Both the position numbers and the translations under genes were made by a program. This document shows, piece after piece, positions 45,823 through 56,187 of a stretch of DNA of 64,000 bases. Position 1 is the stretch's first letter. Each line of letters begins with the position of its first letter. This stretch comes from an uncultured Oscillospiraceae bacterium (GTDB taxonomy: Bacteria > Bacillota > Clostridia > Oscillospirales > Ruminococcaceae). The notes under the pieces are model-generated. The model was not told the DNA's origin. It searched no databases and saw only the letters and a program-made list of their open reading frames with translations. The DNA is taken from assembly GCA_964369345.1 (NCBI GenBank), contig CAYJFF010000001.1, forward strand, positions 33-64,032, given 5' to 3'.

Positions 45823-46844
45823 TAATTCTTCTCGCCCTTTCGCAAAACACGTACAGAATTCCCCTGCTGTATTTTTGGTTTAAACTCTGCTATATTGTAT
45901 AGCTCAGCTTTTGAGTCACTGGATAGCCTTGCAAGCATAAGGCTAGCTGCACGTAATGCAATCTCACGCATTGGCTGCATAACCATAGTTAGCTTTGGTT
46001 TTACTACACGCGCGAGTGTTAGGTTATCCATACCGATAAGCGAGATATCGTCATATATCTTTATCCCCAGCTCATTAAGCGCCATTATAGCACCTAGCGT
46101 CAGCTCGTAGTTAGCACAAAACAGCGCAGTGGGTCGGTTTTCTAGCGACATAAGCTTTTTAGCACCTATATAGCCACCCTCCACCGTCATTTCACCACAC
46201 ACTACAAACTCTGGGTTTGGCTCTATGCCTTTGCTCTTAAGTGCAGATATAAAACCGTCTGTACGCTTGCTCATGGTATAAAAATCATTGCTAGCAGATA
46301 TAATAGCTATCTCACTGTGGTTTGCCTCTACAAATTCATTAACTGCAAGCTCCGACGCCATTGCATTGTTTACAATAACTGCGTCCGTGCTCCTGTTTTC
46401 TACTAGCCTGTCCACCAGAACAATAGGCACTTCACGGTCCTCCACCATTTTCAGGTGCTCACCTTTTGGGTCAAACACTATGGTGATAATGCCGTCCACC
46501 ATTTTGTCCAGCAAAAATTCCAGCGAGTCACGTTCCCTCTTTTTGTTTAGGTTGCAGTCGCAAATGATAGTACCATAGCCATTCCTACGCAGTTCTTCTG
46601 CTAGGTCGGACACGATAGCAGTATGGAACGAGCTTGTAAGCTCTGGCAATAATACGCCTATAGTGTGTGACGAGTTGCTACGCAATGCCCTTGCAAAAGT
46701 ATTTATCTTATAGTCTAGTTTCTTCACAGCTTCATCTATGGCTATGCGGTTATCATCACGCAGGTTGCCACCATTGAAGTACTTAGAAATTGTAGATAAT
46801 GCAAGCCCTGTTTCTCGCTGTATATCCTTATATGTAGGTTGCAT
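45822..46844 (-). CDS. LacI-family transcriptional regulator
   Basis: The N-terminal HTH is TYKDIQRETGLALSTISKYFNG, followed by a periplasmic-binding-protein-like core. ATG 46844 has an AAAGGAA RBS. Confidence 0.85.
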   Translation of the reverse strand: MQPTYKDIQRETGLALSTISKYFNGGNLRDDNRIAIDEAVKKLDYKINTFARALRSNSSHTIGVLLPELTSSFHTAIVSDLAEELRRNGYGTIICDCNLNKKRERDSLEFLLDKMVDGIITIVFDPKGEHLKMVEDREVPIVLVDRLVENRSTDAVIVNNAMASELAVNEFVEANHSEIAIISASNDFYTMSKRTDGFISALKSKGIEPNPEFVVCGEMTVEGGYIGAKKLMSLENRPTALFCANYELTLGAIMALNELGIKIYDDISLIGMDNLTLARVVKPKLTMVMQPMREIALRAASLMLARLSSDSKAELYNIAEFKPKIQQGNSVRVLRKGEKN

Positions 46845-46918
46845 ATTAATATTCCTTTCTGCCAATATAGCAAGCTAACAGCCTACCTCTGGCACATAAT
46901 ATAGTAAAAAATTGTGGG

Positions 46919-47683
46919 TTATCCAGTTATCTCTGGAATTAATATATCACCTAGCTGGCTATAGTCAAAACCCCAACTAATCATAGTGTCGTTCCCTATT
47001 GCACCTATTGGGAATGATATATCACAGTTATTATCAAATAGAAGAATATTGTCGGCTGTTATACTTTCTACCAATAAGTCATATGAATAATTTGCATCTT
47101 TCATCAAGTTTGCAAGATGGTCTATAACCTCGTCCTCTGGTACAGAAAACAGCTCCCAAACGGGCACATTCTCGCCTGTGTTTTTGTTAAATACATACGG
47201 ATACTGAGTAGTAGCCATATCTCCATTCGTGCCCTCTATAGGCGCGCCAATCACACGTATTAGCATGATGTAATTCTCAGTTTCCAGTGATAAACTTGTC
47301 TCGTCCCTAAGCATAATAGTGTCATAAAACTCTTGCTTATTCTCGTATGTTGCATAGTCTGCATATACTATGTCTATATAGCTATCAACATCTATAACAG
47401 GCTCAAGTTCTTGCATAAAATCTATTATGTCATCGCTTTTACCATTAATCACCAGTTCATCTACTGTTCCCTCATAATAATATGCAAGTGTTACACCATT
47501 GTCCAGCATATAGTTGACCCTGCCTATACTCTTATAAGTTGAGAGTTTCTCGCCCCCTGGCATGGTCTTTACTTCTTCTATAAAAGTCATATTCTCAAAC
47601 GGGTCAGTTTGCACATCCGTGCTACCACAGGCACAAAAAAGCATCATTGCTATCATCGGTAAAATCATCAGTCTATTCTTCAT
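46919..47683 (-). CDS. Lipoprotein, function unknown
   Basis: The signal peptide carries the lipobox LFCAC. I recognised no family motif. Confidence 0.55.
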   Translation of the reverse strand: MKNRLMILPMIAMMLFCACGSTDVQTDPFENMTFIEEVKTMPGGEKLSTYKSIGRVNYMLDNGVTLAYYYEGTVDELVINGKSDDIIDFMQELEPVIDVDSYIDIVYADYATYENKQEFYDTIMLRDETSLSLETENYIMLIRVIGAPIEGTNGDMATTQYPYVFNKNTGENVPVWELFSVPEDEVIDHLANLMKDANYSYDLLVESITADNILLFDNNCDISFPIGAIGNDTMISWGFDYSQLGDILIPEITG

Positions 47684-47773
47684 ATTTATCCCCCGTATAA
47701 CCTTGCTACATTCACCATTACAGTTTGCCCCTGCCGAACGTTACAACATTGTCAATGATGTCTAGATACTACT

Positions 47774-47803
47774 ATGAGATGCCCACTGTTGTGGGCATCT
47801 CAT
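47774..47803 (-). terminator. Perfect 13-bp hairpin downstream of ftsZ, with no clear U-tract
   Basis: atgagatgcccac-tgtt-gtgggcatctcat. It may be a terminator or an RNA-stabilising stem. Confidence 0.45.
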
Positions 47804-47826
47804 TATTAGGTGTAAACATAGCACAA

Positions 47827-49017
47827 TTAACGATGTTGTCTTTCTAGCATTTCTAGGATATCGTCAATATCGCTGTCTTTATCTGTATAAACATTTCTTG
47901 GTGATACTGGTTCTTCTGCTCTTACTGATGTAGTATCTTCCACTCTTTTTCTGTCATCAAGTGGCTCTGCATATGTTTCTGGCTGAGGAGCTGGCTGTAC
48001 TGGTCTTTCCTCTACTACGTGTGGTGTTTCATATGTTGGTATGCTGTAGCCAGACTCATGCTGAAAATCTGTCGCAATAACAGTAACATTCAGCTCGTCA
48101 TTTAGGGTTTCATCAAACGCAATACCCCAGATTAGGTTTACATCTTTATGCGCAGCAGCTGTAATAAGCTTCGCAGCTTGTGTAACATCTGTTAGCAGTA
48201 CATCTGTAGGTACTGTAAAGTTTACAATTACACCCTTTGCACCAGCAAGAGAAGTCTCCAGTAGTGGAGAAGCAATAGCGATTTGTGCAGCTTTTTCTGC
48301 TTTGCCCTCGCCCTGTGCACTACCAACGCCCATGTGTGCAAATCCAGCATCTTTCATTATAGACTGTACATCAGCAAAGTCTAGGTTTACAAAGCCCTTA
48401 ACATTTATCAGTTCAGAGATACTCTGCACTGCTTGCAAAAGCACATTATCTGCCGCTGCAAATGCATTGAACAGCGTAATAGTGTCCTCATATACTTGGC
48501 TTAGACGCTCATTAGGTATAACTAGCAGAGCATCTACACTGCCTTTTAGGCTATTTATGCCTTCCTCTGCTTGTACCATACGCTGTTTGCCCTCAAACTC
48601 GAAAGGCTTAGTAACAACGCCGATAGTTAGTATGCCCATATCCTGTGCTATTTTGCTGACAATAGGAGCTGCACCTGTACCTGTGCCGCCACCCATACCA
48701 GCAGTAACAAATAGCATTTCTGTGCCTTTTAGCACTGCTGCTATGTCGTCCTTGCTTTCTTCTGCTGCTTTTTTGCCGATTTCAGGGTTACCACCTGCAC
48801 CACGGCCTTTTGTTAGCTTGTCGCCAATATGTAGTTTGTATGCTGCTGCTGAGTTATTAAGAACCTGAATATCTGTATTAACAGCTATAAACTCAACGCC
48901 TGTCATACCAGACTGACACATCCTATTAACTGCGTTGCCGCCGCCCCCGCCGACACCGATTACCTTTATCGAAACTTCATTTGTTGTGCTTGCATCTACA
49001 TCTATACTTCTAAACAT
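47827..49017 (-). CDS. ftsZ: Cell division GTPase FtsZ
   Basis: [13 protein letters not shown], the tubulin signature [12 protein letters not shown], and NLDFADV are present. ATG 49017 has a GGAGGAA RBS 6 nt upstream. Confidence 0.95.
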   Translation of the reverse strand: MFRSIDVDASTTNEVSIKVIGVGGGGGNAVNRMCQSGMTGVEFIAVNTDIQVLNNSAAAYKLHIGDKLTKGRGAGGNPEIGKKAAEESKDDIAAVLKGTEMLFVTAGMGGGTGTGAAPIVSKIAQDMGILTIGVVTKPFEFEGKQRMVQAEEGINSLKGSVDALLVIPNERLSQVYEDTITLFNAFAAADNVLLQAVQSISELINVKGFVNLDFADVQSIMKDAGFAHMGVGSAQGEGKAEKAAQIAIASPLLETSLAGAKGVIVNFTVPTDVLLTDVTQAAKLITAAAHKDVNLIWGIAFDETLNDELNVTVIATDFQHESGYSIPTYETPHVVEERPVQPAPQPETYAEPLDDRKRVEDTTSVRAEEPVSPRNVYTDKDSDIDDILEMLERQHR

Positions 49018-49141
49018 CTGCCATTCCTCCACCTTACAAATACTATTATTTTAATGATATCATATTTCAAACTAACAATCAATCCTTATTTAGCTATTTT
49101 TCTTATATTTTTATGCTAATTTAATGTAAATTTCCCTAAAA

Positions 49142-50059
49142 TTAGTAATACCCCTCCTTGTAGCTCTCATTCATTATAGCGATAATGCTCTCCTCCATGG
49201 TATACACCCTGCCATTGTTTGCTGTTGTCTGTGTATTTATAGTACCAACAAAGTTTTCGCTGAGCTCATCAATCACTACTTTTGCAAACTCCACTTTATA
49301 TTCTAGCTCTAGTTCAGAGCCTAGCTCCAGTATTATCTTGTTATCATAAAGAGCGGTTAGTGATAGTTCATCACTTACATCACAGTAGGATATTTCCTCA
49401 AGCCCTTGCTCCTGTGCAATTTTATAGAAACTCTCTGCTTTGTCAAGTGTATCCACAACTTGCACATACCGCTCTCTTTCTTCCTCTAGCACCAGCACAG
49501 CCTCTTGCCAGCCCACTTGCCTGTTCGCCTTTATTATGCTTATCTCTGCATTTATGCGCGCTTCTTGCTCTCTTAGGTATGCACCCTCCTCTATGTAGCT
49601 TATATCCATACCCACAATATATGGTACACCCTCTAGGCTCATACCCTCGCAGTGTTCTAGCACTTTCATGCTCTCGCTAACTAGGGTATAGTTTGTTGGG
49701 CTACTTATAATCGCAAATGCTGGGTCTGTTTCTGTGACTATAAACTCGATAGCATCTGGTAGCAGGCGCACTACTTCTACTTCGTCTATATATGGATATT
49801 CGCTCTTTAACATAGCTATTTTTTCTTTATCGTCTATGTCAAAGATATTATCCCCCACCTGTATGTCCAGCGATGTGATTATCTGCTCTAGGTCATAACG
49901 CACCAGCCCTGCAACATTGACAGTAGTAACTTCAAAGTACACAGCAAAGCTTATTATACCCGTTATCACCAAAACAACAAACAAAAGAGCAATTGCGCTG
50001 AGAATTCTATTCCGTTTTTTCTTTAGACGTTTGTTTCTTTGCTCCGTGCCAAAATCCAT
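49142..50059 (-). CDS. ftsQ: Cell division protein FtsQ/DivIB (POTRA-containing)
   Basis: A basic N-terminus and single TM segment are followed by a POTRA-like block VNVAGLVRYDLEQIITSLDIQVGDNIF. The gene sits between murA and ftsZ. Confidence 0.7.
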   Translation of the reverse strand: MDFGTEQRNKRLKKKRNRILSAIALLFVVLVITGIISFAVYFEVTTVNVAGLVRYDLEQIITSLDIQVGDNIFDIDDKEKIAMLKSEYPYIDEVEVVRLLPDAIEFIVTETDPAFAIISSPTNYTLVSESMKVLEHCEGMSLEGVPYIVGMDISYIEEGAYLREQEARINAEISIIKANRQVGWQEAVLVLEEERERYVQVVDTLDKAESFYKIAQEQGLEEISYCDVSDELSLTALYDNKIILELGSELELEYKVEFAKVVIDELSENFVGTINTQTTANNGRVYTMEESIIAIMNESYKEGYY

Positions 50060-50065
50060 TCTTTT

Positions 50066-51322
50066 TCATTCCTTATATCTTTCTATCTTTGCGCCCAAGC
50101 TCTTTAGCGCTTGCTCAAAGTTTTCATAGCCCCTATCTACGTGGCATAGTTTAGTAATTTTGCTTTCTCCTCCTGCGCCCAGTGCAGCTATCACCATAGC
50201 AGCGCCACCACGCAAATCTGTACATTCCATCTCTGCACCATATAGCTCTTTTACACCTTCTATAATAGCAGTCTTTTCTTGTACATTTATTTTTGCACCT
50301 AGTTTGTTTAGCTGTGCTGTGTGCCTGTAACGGTCACTGAAAATATTCTCTGTAAAAACTGTGTTGCCGTCTGCTTTTGTAGCAGCAGCCACGAGTAGTG
50401 CTTGTATATCTGTGGGCAATCCTGGATATGGTGCAGTTGTTAGCGTGCCCAACGCTCTCAGTCTTTTCGGCACAGCACATAATATGTAGTCTATACCTGT
50501 TTCTATCATACATCCTGCATTGCTAAGGTATGCCAGTGTGGTATAAAGATGTCGTGGTTTTACGTCCTTTAGCTCCACCATGCCATTTGTTAGTGCAGCA
50601 CCACACAGGTATGTCCCAGCAACTATCCTGTCTGCTATTACGCAGTGTGTACAACCATGCAGTACTGGTACTCCTGTTATCTCCACACTACCATCTATTA
50701 GCACACTTATCTTCGCTCCGCATTTGTTGAGAAAGTGTATAACATCAAAGACTTCTGGTTCTTTTGCGCCACCCCATAGTTTTGTAACACCTTTTGCACA
50801 TGTTGCCGCTATTATGATATTCTCTGTTGCACCCACACTCGGGAAAGGTAGTGATATCTCTGCGCCATGTAGCCCAATTGGTGCATATGCAGATAGCTTG
50901 CAGTTTTCTATCTCAAACTCTGCGCCCATACGCTCTAGCGAAGAAATATGCAAGTCTATAGGTCTGCCACCAAGCTCACAACCCCCAGGTAGTGCCATCT
51001 CTGCCCTGCCAAATCGTGATAGCGTAGCACCCAGAAAAACTATCGACGAGCGCATAGCCATCATAAGTTCGTCTGGAACTGTGGGGCTACCCCACGCAGT
51101 CTGCACAGTGTGTATTGTGCTACCATTCCGTGTATATCCACAGCCCAGATGCGCCAGTATATCCAGTGCTACATCAACATCTGTTAGCTGTGGGCAGTTA
51201 GTTATTTTGCTATCACCACATATACTCGCTGCTGCAAGTAGTGGCAGAACAGCATTTTTTGCACCTTGTACTGCTATAGTGCCCTCCAGCCTATTGCCGC
51301 CTGTGATTTTGTAATATGACAT
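50066..51322 (-). CDS. murA: UDP-N-acetylglucosamine 1-carboxyvinyltransferase
   Basis: GAKNAVLP, the catalytic Cys loop PGGCELGGRPIDLH, and the PYPGLPTD and DLRGGAA blocks are present. The start is ATG 51322 or 51331. Confidence 0.9.
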   Translation of the reverse strand: MSYYKITGGNRLEGTIAVQGAKNAVLPLLAAASICGDSKITNCPQLTDVDVALDILAHLGCGYTRNGSTIHTVQTAWGSPTVPDELMMAMRSSIVFLGATLSRFGRAEMALPGGCELGGRPIDLHISSLERMGAEFEIENCKLSAYAPIGLHGAEISLPFPSVGATENIIIAATCAKGVTKLWGGAKEPEVFDVIHFLNKCGAKISVLIDGSVEITGVPVLHGCTHCVIADRIVAGTYLCGAALTNGMVELKDVKPRHLYTTLAYLSNAGCMIETGIDYILCAVPKRLRALGTLTTAPYPGLPTDIQALLVAAATKADGNTVFTENIFSDRYRHTAQLNKLGAKINVQEKTAIIEGVKELYGAEMECTDLRGGAAMVIAALGAGGESKITKLCHVDRGYENFEQALKSLGAKIERYKE

Positions 51323-51405
51323 TTTCTGCATCCCCTTCTATATATTATCGGGCAATTACCCCGCATAACCATAATATGTGAATACAGAAAAAATGCTACC
51401 AAATG

Positions 51406-52554
51406 TTAAGAAATGCTGTTTTTAGCTTTAATATCTGCCAATTTTAAAACTTCTTGTGCTATCATCTCCACAGAAAAAGGTTTTGCCATCTTCTTGGCAT
51501 TGGCACCTATACCTGCAACTGTGGCTGGGTTTTTCCTCAGCTCTGCTACCATGGCAGACAGTGTCTTTCCTGTTAGGTTTTTCTCCTCTAATATACGCGC
51601 CGCACCTTTGTTCACTAAGTCCATAGCATTGTGATATTGGTGGTTCTCTGCAACATTCGGCGATGGTATAAGTATTGACGCCTTGCCCACTGCCTGTAGC
51701 TCACCAAGAGTGCTTGCGCCAGCACGGCATATCACTATGTCGGCAGCAGCTATGCAGTCACCCATATCATTTATGTACTCTCTTATATCTAGCTGTGTGC
51801 TGTTCTTGTACGCAATACCCAAGCTGTCCATATTTTTTGCAAAGTTCTCTTTGTCCACACTGCCTGTAGCATGTATGTGGTGTATTTTGCTATCGTCACC
51901 ATATGTAGCAATAAGCTCTGCTATAGCTTGGTTGACACGGCCGGCACCGAGGCTACCACCGAATGATAAAACACAAAATTCATCTTCTGCTATACCTAGC
52001 TTTGCACGTGCTTTGCTCCTATCCACCGCCACTATCTCTTGCCTTACTGGGTTGCCTGTAATAATGGCGCTCTCCACTAGGCCCAGTCTTTGCGCTGCTT
52101 TTTCAAACGCAACCATGAGCACATCTACACGCTTTGCTAGTATCTTTGTGGTAACACCCGGCAGTGCGTTTTGCTCGTGAGTGGCTGTTTTTATTTTCAT
52201 ACGTGATGCCTGTACCAGTATAGGTGCAGTAACATATCCACCAGTGCCAAAAACAACATCTGGTTTTACGCTGTTTATAAGTTTTTTCGCCCTGCTACTA
52301 GCAGTTACCAGTAGCGCCACAGACTGCGTGTTCCTGCAAATATTAGTCCAGTTTATCTTGCGCTGTATGCCCATAGCACGGAAAGGCAGAAACTCGTACC
52401 CTGCTTGTGGCACAAGTTTCGCCTCCATACCTTTTGGGTTGCCTGCAAAAACTATTTTTATATTTTTGTGCCTTGTTCTAATTTCATTTGCGACAGCAAG
52501 AGCTGGGTTTATATGCCCACCTGTGCCACCACAGACAAATAAAAATGTTTTCAT
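51406..52554 (-). CDS. murG: Lipid II synthase MurG (UDP-GlcNAc transferase)
   Basis: Contains the N-terminal GGTGGHINPALA and the G.GGY block. Confidence 0.9.
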   Translation of the reverse strand: MKTFLFVCGGTGGHINPALAVANEIRTRHKNIKIVFAGNPKGMEAKLVPQAGYEFLPFRAMGIQRKINWTNICRNTQSVALLVTASSRAKKLINSVKPDVVFGTGGYVTAPILVQASRMKIKTATHEQNALPGVTTKILAKRVDVLMVAFEKAAQRLGLVESAIITGNPVRQEIVAVDRSKARAKLGIAEDEFCVLSFGGSLGAGRVNQAIAELIATYGDDSKIHHIHATGSVDKENFAKNMDSLGIAYKNSTQLDIREYINDMGDCIAAADIVICRAGASTLGELQAVGKASILIPSPNVAENHQYHNAMDLVNKGAARILEEKNLTGKTLSAMVAELRKNPATVAGIGANAKKMAKPFSVEMIAQEVLKLADIKAKNSIS

Positions 52555-52568
52555 TCTTTTGCCCCCAT

Positions 52569-53729
52569 CTATTCTTTTTGCATATTTGCGTGCCGTGATA
52601 CCGAGAGTATCATTCCCATTTGCACCAGTTGCATGAGTAGCGCTGTACCACCATATGAGAAAAATGGTAGTCCTATACCTGTGTTTGGCACTGTGTTTGT
52701 AACCACCGCAATGTTAAGCACAGCTTGCACGCCCACCTGTGCAGTCAAGCCTGTAACTAACATGGTACCTACCTTGTCTTTTGACTTTAGCGCTATGGTA
52801 AAGCCACGCCAGATAAGCAAAGAAAACAGGATGATAACCAGTACAGCACCCACAAACCCCAGTTCCTCGCAAATTATGGCATAAACAAAGTCATTTTGTG
52901 GCTCTGGTATAAACAAATATTTTTGCCTACTGCCACCTATGCCTGTTCCCATCAGCCCACCAGAACCTATAGCATACAGTGATTGTATTGTCTGAAATCC
53001 TGCGCCCAGTGGCTCATCGAAAGGGTCCCTCCATATATTAACACGATACATCGCACGCTCATTAATGCTAGGGATAAGCATTGCAACACCTACGGCAATA
53101 CCACCACCAATAACTGCACCTACAATCCATCTTATAGCAATGCCACCTACAAACAGCATTACTGCGGCAATCGCCACTATAATAACTGTTGCAGAGATAT
53201 GTGGCTCCATTAGCACCAAGCCTACTACAGGTGCTAGTATTATCACAAATGGCAATATGCCATACTTAAAAGTATGCATTTTCTTATCATTTGTAGCTAT
53301 CGTCTTTGCAAATAACATTATTACAGCCAGCTTTGCAATCTCAGACGGCTGAAAAGTGGTAAAACCTATATCTATCCAGCGACGTGCACCATTTATGGGG
53401 TCCTGCGTGAATACAAATATAAGCATTAGTACAGAAACTAGGTACGCTGGCCAAGACCATTTAAGCATCCAGTGGTAGTCAATCCTAGATATGACCACCA
53501 TAGCCACAAGCCCTATAGCCGCAAACAATAACTGACGTGTGATGTAGTGAAAGCTATTTCCATCATGCTGGTAGTAGGCATTTGCATAGCTAGCCGAGAA
53601 CATCATGATAAGCCCAAACACCAATAATATGAGCACCAAAGCCAAAAAACTAATGTCTATTTCACCTTTTTCATCTTTCACACTTACAGTGCTAAACTTT
53701 CCTCTAACAGCTATGTTCTCCACCCCCAT
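52569..53729 (-). CDS. ftsW: SEDS-family peptidoglycan polymerase FtsW/SpoVE
   Basis: FQPSE.AK and PNTG..LPF.SYGG motifs are present. I chose ATG 53729, 17 nt after the mraY stop; the listed 53834 start would overlap mraY. Confidence 0.85.
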   Translation of the reverse strand: MGVENIAVRGKFSTVSVKDEKGEIDISFLALVLILLVFGLIMMFSASYANAYYQHDGNSFHYITRQLLFAAIGLVAMVVISRIDYHWMLKWSWPAYLVSVLMLIFVFTQDPINGARRWIDIGFTTFQPSEIAKLAVIMLFAKTIATNDKKMHTFKYGILPFVIILAPVVGLVLMEPHISATVIIVAIAAVMLFVGGIAIRWIVGAVIGGGIAVGVAMLIPSINERAMYRVNIWRDPFDEPLGAGFQTIQSLYAIGSGGLMGTGIGGSRQKYLFIPEPQNDFVYAIICEELGFVGAVLVIILFSLLIWRGFTIALKSKDKVGTMLVTGLTAQVGVQAVLNIAVVTNTVPNTGIGLPFFSYGGTALLMQLVQMGMILSVSRHANMQKE

Positions 53730-53746
53730 AATCCACGTAGGTTTTA

Positions 53747-54769
53747 TTATATCTTTGTCACTGCGTATATAGCAATGGCACAAGCTATGGCAGTAATAAT
53801 GCTGAATATTACTACAATCTTCACTTCGCTCCACCCCGACATCTCATAGTGATGATGTATGGGGCTCATCTTAAATATACGCTTGCCTTTTGTTATCTTA
53901 AAATATGTCATTTGTAGTGCCACCGAGCCTGCCTCTATTACATAGATTATACCTACCAGTAGTATAAAGAATGATAGCCCAGTACCAAACGCAAGTGCTA
54001 GTACAACACCACCCAGGAACAGCGAGCCTGTATCACCCATAAATACTTTTGCAGGGTAGAAGTTCCACACCAAAAAGCCTAGGCAACCACCAGCCAGCGC
54101 ACCAGCCATTATAGCCATCTCGTTCATATATAGCATACCTGTTATCACCATAAATGCGATACCAACCACAAAAGTAACAGAGGACAACAGACCGTCTATG
54201 CCATCGGTTAGGTTTACTGCATTTGATGTAGCTATCATAACAAATATAGCATATGGATAGTAGAAAAGCCCGATATCTATAGTACCCAAAAACGGTATAA
54301 TCAGCGTGGTCATCTTATCGCCACTTATGTACAGTAGTGACAGATATACACAGCCGATAAGTGTTTGTAGCACTATCTTCTGCATAGGTTTTAGCCCCTC
54401 GTTTTGCTTTTTAACTACTTTTATATAGTCATCAGCAAAGCCTATAAGCCCAAAGCCAATAGCAAGTATCAGCCCATAGAACAGACGTGCTCTGTATATT
54501 TCGTTACCCAAAAACGCAGTAACACCACCCTCCGGCGTGCCGTATGCAAGCATTGTATAGCCAGCTACAACAGCAAAAGCTATACCTGCAATAAACATTA
54601 TACCACCCATTGTTGGCGTACCTTGTTTGTTTTTGTGCCATTTGGGACCAATATCCAATATAGTTTGCCCAAAATTCAGCTTTCTTAACATCGGCAATAG
54701 CCAAATCCCCGAAACCGAGGTAACAAGGAACGCAATTCCCACGGCTACTACTACAAATAAATTATCCAT
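53747..54769 (-). CDS. mraY: Phospho-N-acetylmuramoyl-pentapeptide transferase
   Basis: K.GTPTMGG, NA.NLTDG.DGL and P.HHH.E motifs are present. Confidence 0.92.
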   Translation of the reverse strand: MDNLFVVVAVGIAFLVTSVSGIWLLPMLRKLNFGQTILDIGPKWHKNKQGTPTMGGIMFIAGIAFAVVAGYTMLAYGTPEGGVTAFLGNEIYRARLFYGLILAIGFGLIGFADDYIKVVKKQNEGLKPMQKIVLQTLIGCVYLSLLYISGDKMTTLIIPFLGTIDIGLFYYPYAIFVMIATSNAVNLTDGIDGLLSSVTFVVGIAFMVITGMLYMNEMAIMAGALAGGCLGFLVWNFYPAKVFMGDTGSLFLGGVVLALAFGTGLSFFILLVGIIYVIEAGSVALQMTYFKITKGKRIFKMSPIHHHYEMSGWSEVKIVVIFSIITAIACAIAIYAVTKI

Positions 54770-54797
54770 ACCTTATACTTCCAATCTGCAAAACGCT

Positions 54798-56177
54798 TTA
54801 ATTATTTGGTGATAAATACTCATACAAACTATTTATGCAGTCCTCTAGCTTCATTCCCCTACTCGCTTTGAACCAAACTAAATCCCCTGCCTTTACTTCT
54901 CGCTCTAGAAAGCTCGACACCTCTGCCTTACTTGCAAAATAGTGCACACAGTCCAGCCCACTATCCCTTGCACCCTTTGCGTAACTCTCTGCGTAGTCAC
55001 CAACACACACTAGGCAGTCTGCACCGCTTTGTGCAGTTAGTACACCACAGTCATAGTGGCTCTGTACCGATATCTCGCCAAGCTCTAGCATATCCGACAA
55101 CACCATATACTTTTTGCCAGCAACTACAAAGTCACCCAGTGTTGCCAGTGCCGCTTTTATGGAGTCGGGGCTTGCATTGTAGCAGTCCTCCACCACTGTA
55201 ACGCCATTTGTTTCTACTACTTTTTGGCGCATGCCAGACGGTGTATAGTTTCCCAGTGCCTCTATCGCCTTTTGTGGTGACATACCCATGCTCACACCAA
55301 TACCAAACGACGCTAGTGCATTTTGCACCAGATGTTTGCCCACGCCAGGCAACGTAGCTGTGTACGCATTACCAGCATAATGTATCACAAAATCCGTCTT
55401 TAGTGGTGTGCTATTTAGTATATCGCCTTTTATATCTGCATTTGAATTATCAACACCATAGTATATCACATTTAGTCTAGGTATTTCAACTTTATTTAGC
55501 AGTTCATTATCTGCACATAGGTACAGGTCTGCACCATCTGCTAGCTCCTCGGCTAGTTCCAGCTTAGCTTTAAGTATATTTTCTCTGCTACCCAGTAGCT
55601 CTATATGCGATACACCTATATTTGTTATAACACCTATATTTGGCTTTGCAGCCTGTGCAAGCTCTGCTATTTCACCCATGCCACACATACCCATTTCCAC
55701 TACAGAAACTTGCGTACTCTCCTCTATTTCAAATATAGTACGTGGCATGCCTATCTCATTATTTTGGTTGCCCATGGTTTTTGTAACTTCAAACTCTGCC
55801 CCCAGCACTGCTGCTACCATATCTTTTGTAGTAGTTTTACCCACACTACCTGTTATCGCTACTATATTAACAGGTAGCTGAGCCCTGTACCACGCAGATA
55901 AAGTCAGCATAGCTTTTACACTGTCCTCCACCACTATAACACGTGGTGATGTGTAATCACGGTCTTCCTGCGCTAACACACAAGCAGCGCCATTTCCCAG
56001 TGCTTTTTCTATATAGTCGTGTCCATTTACACGCTCACCATTTATCGCTATAAATAAGCTGCCTGTTTTTGCCTCTCTAGAGTCCGTGCATATATTTGTA
56101 ACTACATCTGTTATTGCGCACTTTGTTCCCAGTGCTTTTGCTATACTCTCCACTGTTACAGCTTTCATTTTCCCCAC
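54798..56177 (-). CDS. murF: UDP-MurNAc-tripeptide--D-Ala-D-Ala ligase
   Basis: The Mur ligase P-loop TGSVGKTTTK is present and the gene sits between murE and mraY. The start is GTG 56177 or ATG 56168. Confidence 0.85.
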   Translation of the reverse strand: MGKMKAVTVESIAKALGTKCAITDVVTNICTDSREAKTGSLFIAINGERVNGHDYIEKALGNGAACVLAQEDRDYTSPRVIVVEDSVKAMLTLSAWYRAQLPVNIVAITGSVGKTTTKDMVAAVLGAEFEVTKTMGNQNNEIGMPRTIFEIEESTQVSVVEMGMCGMGEIAELAQAAKPNIGVITNIGVSHIELLGSRENILKAKLELAEELADGADLYLCADNELLNKVEIPRLNVIYYGVDNSNADIKGDILNSTPLKTDFVIHYAGNAYTATLPGVGKHLVQNALASFGIGVSMGMSPQKAIEALGNYTPSGMRQKVVETNGVTVVEDCYNASPDSIKAALATLGDFVVAGKKYMVLSDMLELGEISVQSHYDCGVLTAQSGADCLVCVGDYAESYAKGARDSGLDCVHYFASKAEVSSFLEREVKAGDLVWFKASRGMKLEDCINSLYEYLSPNN

Positions 56178-56187
56178 CCAAAATCCT